Of a DNA stretch of 27,590 nucleotides, positions 1 through 8,609 are shown one piece after another (within the stretch, counting starts at the first letter, position 1; each line of letters starts with the position of its first letter). The DNA is from Thermoproteota archaeon (lineage in GTDB: Archaea; Korarchaeota; Korarchaeia; Korarchaeales; Korarchaeaceae). A program made the position numbers and the translations under genes. The notes below the pieces were generated by a model. That model saw only the letters and a list, made by a program, of their open reading frames with translations. It searched no databases and was not told the origin of the DNA. The stretch spans positions 1 through 27,590 of the forward strand of contig JAOZFI010000055.1 in NCBI GenBank assembly GCA_027491395.1, read 5' to 3'.

Positions 1-101
1 GGATTACCCTTCATCTCGTATCCACAGCTGGGGCAGTAGTAGACGAGCTCCTTGCCCACTTTCTTTGGCCTCATGAGAGTTCCGCACTTGGGACAGAACA
101 T
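1..101 (-). CDS. Transcription factor S / RpoM-type zinc-ribbon protein, N-terminal part (runs off the window; not in ORF track)
   Basis: Manual translation from ATG at 101: MFCPKCGTLMRPKKVGKELVYYCPSCGYEMKGN..., the MFCPxCG..(x)..CxxCGY N-terminal ribbon of TFS/RNA_POL_M_15KD proteins. Confidence 0.8.
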   Translation of the reverse strand, partial: MFCPKCGTLMRPKKVGKELVYYCPSCGYEMKGN

Positions 102-165
102 TTGGCCTCAGGGCATGATGGAAGTAGTCTATTTAAGTTATGAGGTGGCGGACCATCCGATAAGA

Positions 166-654
166 ATGAAGGTCCTCAGGAGTGTTAGAAAGAAGAAGGG
201 GAAACAGCTGGCGATCATTGTGGATGGTCCCAACATCCTGAGAAAGGAATTGGGAATAGATCTTGAGGAGATACGCAGACTGGCCGAGGAAGAGGGGAGG
301 ATTCGGGTCGCCACCGTTGTTCTAGATAGGAAGGCGCCCGAGAAGCTGGTGGAGGCGGTGGTCAACGCGGGATTTAGGGCCGTCATATCAACCGGAAAGG
401 TCGAGGTGGACTTCACCATAGCAGCTATGGATGCCGTTTACAATGAGAAGATAGATTCATTGGTACTGGTGGCTAGAAGTGCGGCCTATATGCCCATAGT
501 CCACAGGGCCAAGGAGGAGGGAAAGGATGTCATCGTGATCGGAGCAGAGCCAGGTTTCAGCACCGCACTGAAGAAAGCCGCAGATCTATACATATCACTC
601 CCATCCTCTCTCCCTGAAGATCTTACCCAGCCTAAGGGTAATGAAGAACACTGA
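166..654 (+). CDS. NYN-domain (PIN-like, TIGR00288/LabA-DUF88-like) protein
   Basis: IIVDGPNIL, VDFTIAAMD, GAEPGFSTALKKAAD motifs; start moved to ATG 166 (TTTAAG box at 132-137; the ORF-track start would overlap the divergent TFS-like gene). Confidence 0.85.
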   Translation: MKVLRSVRKKKGKQLAIIVDGPNILRKELGIDLEEIRRLAEEEGRIRVATVVLDRKAPEKLVEAVVNAGFRAVISTGKVEVDFTIAAMDAVYNEKIDSLVLVARSAAYMPIVHRAKEEGKDVIVIGAEPGFSTALKKAADLYISLPSSLPEDLTQPKGNEEH

Positions 655-1692
655 TATCGCGAATACCAGCGCTCCGAGCTGCATCGCCAAGAATCTGAGA
701 AGGCCTATACTTCCCTCCATGTACTGACCTATGAAGTAGAAGGACATCCAGAGGGAGAGCACGAGACCGGCGCCCATCAATTTCTCGAAGGCGTTCACAT
801 TTCTGTTGGCAAAACTCTCTATTGCACTGCCGACGAACATCACGGTGAGGGAGAGGGCGATGAAGCCGCTCACCTCCTGAAAGAGCCTCGCCATTATGAG
901 CTCCAATGGGTAGTTCTGGGCCGCGAGGGAGGTGGCCCTGCTGTAGGAGAAGAAGAGAGAGATGAAGACACCGAACATCCCCATTATGAAGGAGAGCAGA
1001 CCCACCTGCTTCCCGAAGTAATTGACCCCCCTCTTGAGTTTATCGGTCAGGTCGAATCCTTTATCTAGGAATATCAGCCCGGTCACCACGGTAGCTCCGA
1101 TGTATAGATACCTCTGCAGGTCCAATAGAGAAAAGACCCCTGCCAAGAGCAGCAGTGCCCCAGGAAGGCCGAATAAGAGGGCTCTAGAGGTAGGAGACTT
1201 CATCAGCTTCTCGAAGTATCTCTTTATGAGTATGTAGGTGTGCTCGATCTCCCTGCTCTGCTGTACTATCACCCTCCTGACGCTCCTTATGGGAGCATAC
1301 CTCATCAGGAGGGGAATGACCAACTCGTCGTCAGCGCCATCAGAGACCAGTATTATGCTGTCAGGCTTGAATTCTTCCACAACGGCCTCTATCTGTCTCT
1401 TGATCTCCTCATCAGCTAGGAGCTCGCTCTTGGGATGTCCAGTAATGGTGACCACTTCGACCTCCGCTGGAGAGTTGGAGAATACCTGCTTAACCTCCTC
1501 ATAGACCTTCACAGCCCCAAAGATGGCATTAGCATCCGCTTCCGTTGGATCAGCGAGGGCCAGCTCGGAGGCCGCCTTTATGTTCGCCTCTTTACCTATG
1601 ACCGGGCCCTTAATGCCAGCTTTGACGCCCAGATCATCATCTCGGTCCACGCACACTACGAGTATTCTTTCAGGGGGCGACTTCTTTTCCAT
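595..1692 (-). CDS. DUF373 family archaeal membrane protein
   Basis: LVVCVDRDDDLG, LALADPTEADAN, VSDGADDE, RRVIVQQS motifs followed by several TM helices. Confidence 0.88.
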   Translation of the reverse strand: MEKKSPPERILVVCVDRDDDLGVKAGIKGPVIGKEANIKAASELALADPTEADANAIFGAVKVYEEVKQVFSNSPAEVEVVTITGHPKSELLADEEIKRQIEAVVEEFKPDSIILVSDGADDELVIPLLMRYAPIRSVRRVIVQQSREIEHTYILIKRYFEKLMKSPTSRALLFGLPGALLLLAGVFSLLDLQRYLYIGATVVTGLIFLDKGFDLTDKLKRGVNYFGKQVGLLSFIMGMFGVFISLFFSYSRATSLAAQNYPLELIMARLFQEVSGFIALSLTVMFVGSAIESFANRNVNAFEKLMGAGLVLSLWMSFYFIGQYMEGSIGLLRFLAMQLGALVFAISVFFITLRLGKIFRERGWE

Positions 1693-1726
1693 CTCCGCGA
1701 GAGAGGACCTTCACAACATAAAAAGT

Positions 1727-2632
1727 TCAACTGCTGGCAGGCTTCTCGAGCAGCCCGAGTTCCATGAGGACTTTCAGCTCCTCAATAGTGAGCTTTTCAC
1801 CAGCCTTATACTTCTCCAACGCCTCCTCAGCCAGCTTCTCCTTGAGCTTCCTCTCGACCTCCTTGTTGCTGGTGACTATCCTCTCGAACCTCTTCTTTAT
1901 CTCCTCCTGTATCGCCCTCATTTCCTCTCTTATCTTATCCAACTCCTCCTTCATCTTGTCGACTTCTGAGCTCTTCTCGTTTATTATATCGCTCAACTCG
2001 TCTATCTCACTTCTTATCTTATCCAACTCCTCCTTCTCCTTCGTTATATAGTTATAGATCTCCTTTAACTGTCCCTTTATCTCCCCTATCTTCTCACCGG
2101 AGTCCCTTACAAAAAACCTCCATCTCTCGGCCTCGGCCATTATCTCTATGAACTTCCTCTTCAGGGACTTGGCCCTATTTAGTTCTTGAAGCATCGCCTC
2201 GTACTGGCTTATTTGCATGACTATGTCTCTCTCCTGATCCTTGGTTAGAGGAGAAGTCTCTATCCTCCTCTCCAACCTCGAGATCCTCCTCCTAAGAACT
2301 CTTTCGGGGACACCCACGGAATTAACTATCTCCTCATACTCCTTCTTTATCCTCAGGGCTTCATCTCTCGCCTGCCTGAACCTCTCGAGGGCCTCCTTCC
2401 TTTCCTCTCTGAGCTTGGCTAGCTCGCCTTGAAGTTTTCTCTTCTCCTCGATCTTCTCCCTTAACTTGGCTCTCCTCTCTCTTATCTTCTCAATCAGCTC
2501 CAACCTCTTGGATCTAAGCTCTTTAAGCTCTTCTATGAGAGATCTTCTTCGTTCACGTAGTTCAGATAATTTCCGCCTCAGCTCTCTTTCCTTTTGTTTT
2601 AGGGTACTAATGGCTTCCTCTACTGCGGCCAT
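1727..2632 (-). CDS. Archaeal long coiled-coil protein (COG1340-like)
   Basis: E/K/R/L heptad-rich throughout, ETSPLTKDQER hinge, C-terminal AEEALEKYKAGEKLTIEEL; GGAGGA SD before ATG 2632 (alternative start 2650). Confidence 0.8.
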   Translation of the reverse strand: MAAVEEAISTLKQKERELRRKLSELRERRRSLIEELKELRSKRLELIEKIRERRAKLREKIEEKRKLQGELAKLREERKEALERFRQARDEALRIKKEYEEIVNSVGVPERVLRRRISRLERRIETSPLTKDQERDIVMQISQYEAMLQELNRAKSLKRKFIEIMAEAERWRFFVRDSGEKIGEIKGQLKEIYNYITKEKEELDKIRSEIDELSDIINEKSSEVDKMKEELDKIREEMRAIQEEIKKRFERIVTSNKEVERKLKEKLAEEALEKYKAGEKLTIEELKVLMELGLLEKPASS

Positions 2633-2900
2633 GCGGTCTCCTCCTGCCATTTTTTGATGATTAGGCTGATGTCCAACGATCCAACACGATCCCCTACTTA
2701 AAAAGTATTCGGTTGCTTTCGATGATTCGGTGACTTCCTGAGAAACTTTATAAGCTCCATGGGCTGCTCCCGTCCTCTAACCCTCGAGCGAAGACGCCCA
2801 ATCATGCACTCCTTCTTAGACACCCCTACCAAACAATATTATCTAGAAATGGGAGGATTTATTCAAGCACGACCTCCCTCACCCCGCCAACGATCACAGG

Positions 2901-4016
2901 GTGAGACCATTGATGTGGAGCAGGGTAAAGAGGACAGCGCCGCAAGCGGTAATCTCTGCGTTCTACGGCCTGGGAGACATCGTGGCAGGTCTAATACTCT
3001 GGATCTACTTTCCTACAGACGTTAGGTGGGCCGCCTTGCTATACCCTCCCCTGATAGGGGCTAGAGGAGCTATCTCAGGTTCCGTTGCGGGGAGATTGAC
3101 CTCGGCTCTGAACTTGGGTACCGTAGAGATTAACTTGAGTAGGGAGAACGAGAAACTCTGGGAAATACTGTCAACGGGCATATCTGCTTCCCTCCTTGCA
3201 TCTATAATTATTGTGTTCCCTTTCTACCTGATGGAGATCGATGTCGGGTACCTCGATCTGCTGGCCATATCGCTCATCACCGTGTGCGGCGTATCTCTCA
3301 TCCTTCTCCCCCTTAAAATCGCTGTATCATTCGAGTCCTTCAAGAAGGGATTGGATCCCGATATAGTAGTTTATCCTCTCATTTCCACGGCTGCGGATAT
3401 AGTGGTCACGGTCCTCTACATATACTCAATCAGGACTGCCGGTACCTTCATCAGCTTCACACTAGCCTCGGCTGTAGCGGTGATCTCGATCATACTGGTC
3501 ATGAAATGGTTTTCCAAGGAGTACCTGAGGATACTAGCCGAGGTACTGACTGCAACGGCCATAGTTATAGCGATAGAGAGCGTCGCCGGTATATTCCTCA
3601 GTGAAGCGGTTTCCATCTCGGATACCAATCTCTTATTCGTTTATCCGGCGATGCTCACCGAGTTGGGAGATGCCAGCTCGATCGTAGGTTCAATTCTCAC
3701 GACTAGGCTCTTCTTGGGCACCCTCAGGAGGAAGATACCCCTAGCAGACATACTCCCCGAACTCACCGGCGTGTTTGGGGTCTACTTAGGTTTCTTCTTC
3801 CTGATGGGTGGGATGCTCTGGGTCTTGGGAGGTAACCCCTGGGTGAGCGTCCTGACCTTCCTGATCGCCTTCCCAATAATGCTGGTAGTGACCACATCCG
3901 TCGTCCTCCTTACTAGCAGGAAGCTGGATCCCGACAACTTCACGATTCCCATCGCCACATCTACCGCGGATCTGATAACAACTGCTACCGTAGCCCTAGT
4001 TCTCAGCCTACTATGA
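2901..4016 (+). CDS. MgtE/SLC41-like divalent cation transporter with two tandem MgtE membrane domains
   Basis: About 10 TM segments; repeated motifs GARGAISGSVAGRLTS / GDASSIVGSILTT and GLDPDIVVYPLISTAAD / KLDPDNFTIPIATSTAD. Confidence 0.85.
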   Translation: MRPLMWSRVKRTAPQAVISAFYGLGDIVAGLILWIYFPTDVRWAALLYPPLIGARGAISGSVAGRLTSALNLGTVEINLSRENEKLWEILSTGISASLLASIIIVFPFYLMEIDVGYLDLLAISLITVCGVSLILLPLKIAVSFESFKKGLDPDIVVYPLISTAADIVVTVLYIYSIRTAGTFISFTLASAVAVISIILVMKWFSKEYLRILAEVLTATAIVIAIESVAGIFLSEAVSISDTNLLFVYPAMLTELGDASSIVGSILTTRLFLGTLRRKIPLADILPELTGVFGVYLGFFFLMGGMLWVLGGNPWVSVLTFLIAFPIMLVVTTSVVLLTSRKLDPDNFTIPIATSTADLITTATVALVLSLL

Positions 4017-4725
4017 GGCTGGAGATCACGCCGGAAACCTTGTCTGGATCGGGTATTCCGTGCAAGGCAAGGAACGTCCTCGCCCGAGGTACATTCACCC
4101 CCCTACCGCCGGCAACTCCTACTTCGAATCTGTTTACCTTCACTGAAGTTCCTGCGAGGGCCAGATCCTCCCCAACTCCTAGACCTGAGGCTGTAAGCGG
4201 GATGACCGTTCCAAAATTGAATATCCTTCCCAGCGGGGGGATCTCCACGACCACATCGTTTATCTTATTGATCGGAAGCTCCCTCTTTCTAACAGACAGG
4301 AACCTCTTCTCCATGACAATTCTCCTGCTGGTTACGTAGTACCTATGTCCCCTCCTGTAGAAGTCCACGCTAAGAATTCCCACTAGGCCAAAGGCCACCT
4401 CCGGTACCCAAGGAGGATAGCCGCTGTAGTTCATGTACGTCGAGATGGCGGCCAGTAAAACAGAGACGAAGGCCCACCTCCAGGATATCTTGATTATCGA
4501 AGCAATTACTAAGGGCACCACCAGCAAAAGCCAGAGCAGCAGCAACTCCCCCTCAATCGGGAAGATCTCGGGAAGCTGAACACTGAGGACCTTCGACCAA
4601 AGCAGCAAACCCACGACTAACACGTACCCGTAGATTAGATATAACTCAACGAAAGCGAGGGGATGCGGCCTAGCGTCGACTAGAAGTTCCTCTCCTCTGG
4701 CCAGCTTCATTTCCAATCTCGGCAT
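4003..4725 (-). CDS. Membrane protein with bacterial-type PH (bPH_2) domain
   Basis: 4 TM helices then YYVTSRRIV..RELPINKINDV..PLGRIFNFGTV; start uncertain (4749, 4725 or 4710). Confidence 0.75.
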   Translation of the reverse strand: MPRLEMKLARGEELLVDARPHPLAFVELYLIYGYVLVVGLLLWSKVLSVQLPEIFPIEGELLLLWLLLVVPLVIASIIKISWRWAFVSVLLAAISTYMNYSGYPPWVPEVAFGLVGILSVDFYRRGHRYYVTSRRIVMEKRFLSVRKRELPINKINDVVVEIPPLGRIFNFGTVIPLTASGLGVGEDLALAGTSVKVNRFEVGVAGGRGVNVPRARTFLALHGIPDPDKVSGVISSLIVG

Positions 4726-4796
4726 TTCCCAACCTTCGGATTTAAACATAGCTCGACAAGACTCACTGTTATATTTCCCATCAACCCTTCCCTACT

Positions 4797-5312
4797 ATGC
4801 TCGTGGATCTCGGTATCAGGGTCACTTGGTTGGCGAGAACGGGATGGATGCAGTCAGGTATACCGCCCTCTATGGCTGAAACCGTATCTCAACACACGTT
4901 CCTAGCCTCTCTCATCGCGTTGGATCTGATGAAGGAGCTCAAGAGAAGAGGAAAGACGTTCAGCGAGAATAAAGTGCTGAAGATGGTCCTAATTCACGAT
5001 ATAGCTGAGGGTATAGTGGGAGATCTGCCTAAATGGACTGGAGACCGCGTGAACAAGAGTAAGCTTGAGGAGGAGGCGCTCTCATTGGAGGTCACCCAAG
5101 CCGACTTCTTGGACCTCTTGAGGGAGTACAGCGAGGGTAGGAGGATGGAGGCAAAGATAGCGAGGCTGGCCGATTTGATGGCCACTTGGAGGATGTCCAT
5201 CTACTATAAGGAACTCGGGTTTCCTGTGGATGACATCATGAGATCTACAGAAAGGGAATCCTTGAAGCTAGCCGAGGAGCTAGGACTCGTCATAGAAGGG
5301 GGGAAGAGCTGA
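4797..5312 (+). CDS. HD-domain phosphohydrolase (YfbR/HDDC2-like 5'-deoxynucleotidase family)
   Basis: RTGW, ETVSQH, IHDIAEGIVGD, ARLAD motifs. Confidence 0.88.
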   Translation: MLVDLGIRVTWLARTGWMQSGIPPSMAETVSQHTFLASLIALDLMKELKRRGKTFSENKVLKMVLIHDIAEGIVGDLPKWTGDRVNKSKLEEEALSLEVTQADFLDLLREYSEGRRMEAKIARLADLMATWRMSIYYKELGFPVDDIMRSTERESLKLAEELGLVIEGGKS

Positions 5313-5339
5313 CGTAAGCGAGGGGAAAGAAAGCACAGT

Positions 5340-6284
5340 TCACAATTCGACTATATCGTCATACCTCGGACCGGCCCTAGGAGGTTTGTGGAACGGCTCT
5401 CTAAGTCTAACTGCCCTTTTGAAGGCCTCTAAGAGGTCCTCATCTGTCCCTCCGTTCCTCATTATATAGAGGAAGTCAACGAGGTTGTCCTCCCTCCTTA
5501 TGCATGTCTTGAAGAAGCCGTCGGAGGTCACCCTTATCCTGTTGCATCTCATGCAGAAGAGGGGATTGCCCGTCCCCTTGACTATCTCCACAACAGCTCC
5601 ACCGTCTAAATAGTAGAGAGGTCTACCGTGGAGCTCCCTTATCTCCTTTCTCAGAGCTACCTTCTCCAGTTCCTCCTCAAATCCATCGAGGCTATAGTAG
5701 TACCTCCTGAGGCTGGGATCCACATCCAAGAGCTCTATGAATTGTATCTTTATCCCCTTGGATGAGGCGTACCTCACCAGTTCCCAGAGCTCATCATCGT
5801 TGTACCCCCTGAGGACAGTCACATTAACCTTCACAGGGATCAATCCGCACTCTAAGGCAGTATCAACTGCTTTTAACGCCCTATCCAAACCATCTACTCC
5901 GGTTATCCTCTCATAAATGTCCCTTCTCAGCGAATGGAGGCTTATGTTTACCCTATCCAGACCGGCCTCCTTCAGGGAGCAGGCCCTCTCTGGGAGGAAC
6001 CACCCGTTGGTCACCAAGCTTATCTCCTCAATTCCAGCCTCCCGAATGCCTCGCACTATCTCCTCCAAGTCACGCCTTATCAGGGGCTCTCCACCCGTGA
6101 TCTTAACGGTCCTTATCCCATGCTTCGCTAGCAATTTCACCAAGCGGGTTATCTCGGCGGGAGTCATCTCACCCCCTTCTATCTCATGTCCCTCCTTGTG
6201 GCAGAAGAAGCAGTTGTAATTGCAGGAGTTAGTGACGGAAATCCTCAGATTGGTGACAGGCCTACCCCACCTATCCAGCAGCAA
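5340..6284 (-). CDS. moaA: GTP 3',8-cyclase (radical SAM)
   Basis: LRISVTNSCNYNCFFCH, TGGEPLIR, C-terminal FCMRCNRIRVTSDG..KTC cluster motif; TTG start. Confidence 0.95.
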   Translation of the reverse strand: MLLDRWGRPVTNLRISVTNSCNYNCFFCHKEGHEIEGGEMTPAEITRLVKLLAKHGIRTVKITGGEPLIRRDLEEIVRGIREAGIEEISLVTNGWFLPERACSLKEAGLDRVNISLHSLRRDIYERITGVDGLDRALKAVDTALECGLIPVKVNVTVLRGYNDDELWELVRYASSKGIKIQFIELLDVDPSLRRYYYSLDGFEEELEKVALRKEIRELHGRPLYYLDGGAVVEIVKGTGNPLFCMRCNRIRVTSDGFFKTCIRREDNLVDFLYIMRNGGTDEDLLEAFKRAVRLREPFHKPPRAGPRYDDIVEL

Positions 6285-6285
6285 T

Positions 6286-6717
6286 TCAACCCTCTCCCTT
6301 CAACTTCCTGACCACCACCACATTCTCTATCCTCGCTATCGGGTAATTTCCGCTCTCATCCTTCTCTAGGTATTTCACCATATCCCAGACGGTTAAGAGC
6401 GCTGCCGATGCCCCTGTCAGGGCCTCCATCTCTACTCCCGTCTGAGAGGTGGTCCGAACCGTCACCTCTACCCACATCCTCTCCTCCTCTAAGCCGAAAC
6501 TGACTTCGACGGCTGTTATGGGGATCGGGTGGCAGTACGGGATTATCCTCGGTGTGTCCTTGACTGCCTGCACGGCAGCCACCCTCGCCACGGTGAAGAC
6601 ATCACCCTTCTTCACCTTACCCGCCCTTATGGCCTCTATAGTCTCTTTCCGGAGCCTTATGCTTCCCCTAGCTACAGCCTCCCTGTAAACTTGAGGTTTG
6701 CTCGTTATATCGATCAT
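6286..6717 (-). CDS. moaC: Cyclic pyranopterin monophosphate synthase
   Basis: MIDITSK, KKGDV, IIPYCHPIPI, TGVEMEALT, WDMVK; GAGGTG SD before ATG 6717. Confidence 0.95.
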   Translation of the reverse strand: MIDITSKPQVYREAVARGSIRLRKETIEAIRAGKVKKGDVFTVARVAAVQAVKDTPRIIPYCHPIPITAVEVSFGLEEERMWVEVTVRTTSQTGVEMEALTGASAALLTVWDMVKYLEKDESGNYPIARIENVVVVRKLKGEG

Positions 6718-6731
6718 CTGAACCACCTCAA

Positions 6732-7154
6732 TTATCCTTCCTCCACCCAGCGCTCCTCTCCCCCGATGAAAACCTCTTTCTTCCAGATGGCGGCGCTCCT
6801 CTTCACCTCGTCTACCATCCACCTCGCGGCCTCAAAGGCAGCCTCCCTGTGCTCCGAGGCAGTGATGACGAGGAGGGCCGTCTCACCCACCGGGACCTCC
6901 CCCACCCTGTGTAGGATGGTGGCATCCACTAAGCCGAACTTCTCTACAGCCTTCCTCCTTATCTCCTCCAACGCCCTGCCGGCCATCTCAGGGTAGAAAT
7001 CGTAGTAGAGAAATTTCACCCTTCCATGAGGAGATGTCTCCCGTATCACACCTCTAAACGTCACGATAGCCCCTACCTCAGTCCTGCCCTCAACCACAGA
7101 TCTTATCTCGGCCTCCTCGTCTATAGGTCCCTCAACGATGCCGGATCTCCCCAT
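6732..7154 (-). CDS. moaE: Molybdopterin synthase catalytic subunit
   Basis: GAIVTFRGVIR, HRVGEVPVGE, HREAAFEA, IWKKE motifs. Confidence 0.93.
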   Translation of the reverse strand: MGRSGIVEGPIDEEAEIRSVVEGRTEVGAIVTFRGVIRETSPHGRVKFLYYDFYPEMAGRALEEIRRKAVEKFGLVDATILHRVGEVPVGETALLVITASEHREAAFEAARWMVDEVKRSAAIWKKEVFIGGEERWVEEG

Positions 7155-7391
7155 CTAACCACCCGAAAATGTGGGTAGTATTGCTATAATATCGTCCCCC
7201 GATACCCTTTTACTCAGATCCCTCTCTAAGGAGTGGTTAACTGCTACCATAACCCTACCCTTCGAAATCAACTCCACGAGTTCAGAGTTCAGACCGTTGA
7301 ATAGATCTTCTAAGGTACCCTCGAAGTCTAGGGACCTTTCCCTCCATCCGAACCTCTCGGCTATCCACCCGTAGAGCCTCATCCTGACCAT
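7155..7391 (-). CDS. moaD: MoaD/ThiS family sulfur carrier (ubiquitin-like)
   Basis: 78 aa, VAVNH, GDDIIAILPTFSGG C-terminal diglycine; abuts moaE. Confidence 0.9.
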   Translation of the reverse strand: MVRMRLYGWIAERFGWRERSLDFEGTLEDLFNGLNSELVELISKGRVMVAVNHSLERDLSKRVSGDDIIAILPTFSGG

Positions 7392-7394
7392 CAC

Positions 7395-8579
7395 TCACAC
7401 CAGCTCTACGGCTATGCTCTGTCCTCCTCCACCACCGTGGCAGATCGTAGCTAGCCCCTTCATTCCACCCTTTATCTGCAGAGCATTTATCAGCGTGACT
7501 ACTATCCTAGCCCCACTATCGCCCAAGGGATGTCCTATGGCCACGGCTCCACCGAACACGTTCAGCTTATCCAGCGGTATGTTCAGACCCCTCGCCACGA
7601 CGAGGCTGGCCAGTGCGAAGGCCTCGTTATGCTCGTAAAGGTCGAAGTCATCTATCCTCATGTTGAGGTTCCTAAGCAGCTTCTGGGTAGCTGGAATAGG
7701 GGCCTCAACGAAGTCCTTCGGTTCCACTCCTGCGGAGGCGAATCCAAGGATCTTAGCTATTGGTTTGAGGCCCTTCTCCTCGACCACATCTCTGTGAGCC
7801 AGCACTAGGGCTGCAGCACCATCGCTGAGCTGGGAGGCGTTAGCGGCGGTTATGGTCCCGTCGGGTCTGAATACGGGCTTCAGCCTAGCGACCTTCTCTA
7901 TACTTGTGTCCGGCCTTATACCCTCATCCCTATCCAAGATCACCTCGTCGCCCTTCGTAACGGGCTCTATCTCCATTGCGAAATACCCTTTCTCGGTCGC
8001 TTCCGCTGCCTTCATGTGGCTGCTAACTGCGAACTCATCGGCTTCCTCCCTAGTTATGCCCCACTTCTCCCCCGTCTCCTCAGCCTCCTCCCCCATGAGG
8101 AGTCCAGTATGGGGGTCCATCAGACCGTCGTGGACCATTACGTCCACAAGCTTCTCTCCGGCGAAGGCGAACTTCACCCCCCACCTCCACTTCGAGGGCA
8201 GGGTGTAGGGCGCCATGCTCATGCTCTCCATTCCACCGGCCACCACAACCTTGTTCTCACCGAAGACTATGCTCTGAGCCGCTAGAGATATGGCCTTCAT
8301 GCCTGAGGCGCACACCTTGTTGACCGTGAATCCGGGAACGGTGCTCGGTATGCCAGCGAGTATCGCCGCCTGCCTGGCCGGATTCTGGCCGACCATCGCT
8401 TGGAGGACGTTCCCCATTATCACTTCATCTACATCACTGGGATCGAGGCCTGATCGCCTTACAGCGGCCTCTATTGCTATGGCCCCGAGCTTCGGGGCCG
8501 GCCAAGCCTTCAGACTCCCACCAAACTTGCCTATGGGTGTTCGAGCGATACTAACGATGAAGACATCCTCCAAACCCAT
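7395..8579 (-). CDS. Acetyl-CoA C-acyltransferase (thiolase)
   Basis: NKVCASG nucleophile, NEAF, GHPLGDSG, CHGGG motifs; start 8579 or 8585. Confidence 0.93.
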   Translation of the reverse strand: MGLEDVFIVSIARTPIGKFGGSLKAWPAPKLGAIAIEAAVRRSGLDPSDVDEVIMGNVLQAMVGQNPARQAAILAGIPSTVPGFTVNKVCASGMKAISLAAQSIVFGENKVVVAGGMESMSMAPYTLPSKWRWGVKFAFAGEKLVDVMVHDGLMDPHTGLLMGEEAEETGEKWGITREEADEFAVSSHMKAAEATEKGYFAMEIEPVTKGDEVILDRDEGIRPDTSIEKVARLKPVFRPDGTITAANASQLSDGAAALVLAHRDVVEEKGLKPIAKILGFASAGVEPKDFVEAPIPATQKLLRNLNMRIDDFDLYEHNEAFALASLVVARGLNIPLDKLNVFGGAVAIGHPLGDSGARIVVTLINALQIKGGMKGLATICHGGGGGQSIAVELV

Positions 8580-8609
8580 GGGCATCACCTACTCAAACCC
8601 TACTCAAAC

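Noticed and set aside
1727-2650. Repetitive CT-rich DNA
   Set aside because: Explained by E/K/R codons of the minus-strand coiled-coil gene, not a DNA repeat array
2654-2741. TGATGA/CTGA words suggesting a C/D box sRNA
   Set aside because: Box order and spacing do not fit the C-D'-C'-D layout
6718-6822. N-terminal extension of MoaC in the track
   Set aside because: Overlaps moaE; family start MIDIT with SD at 6717
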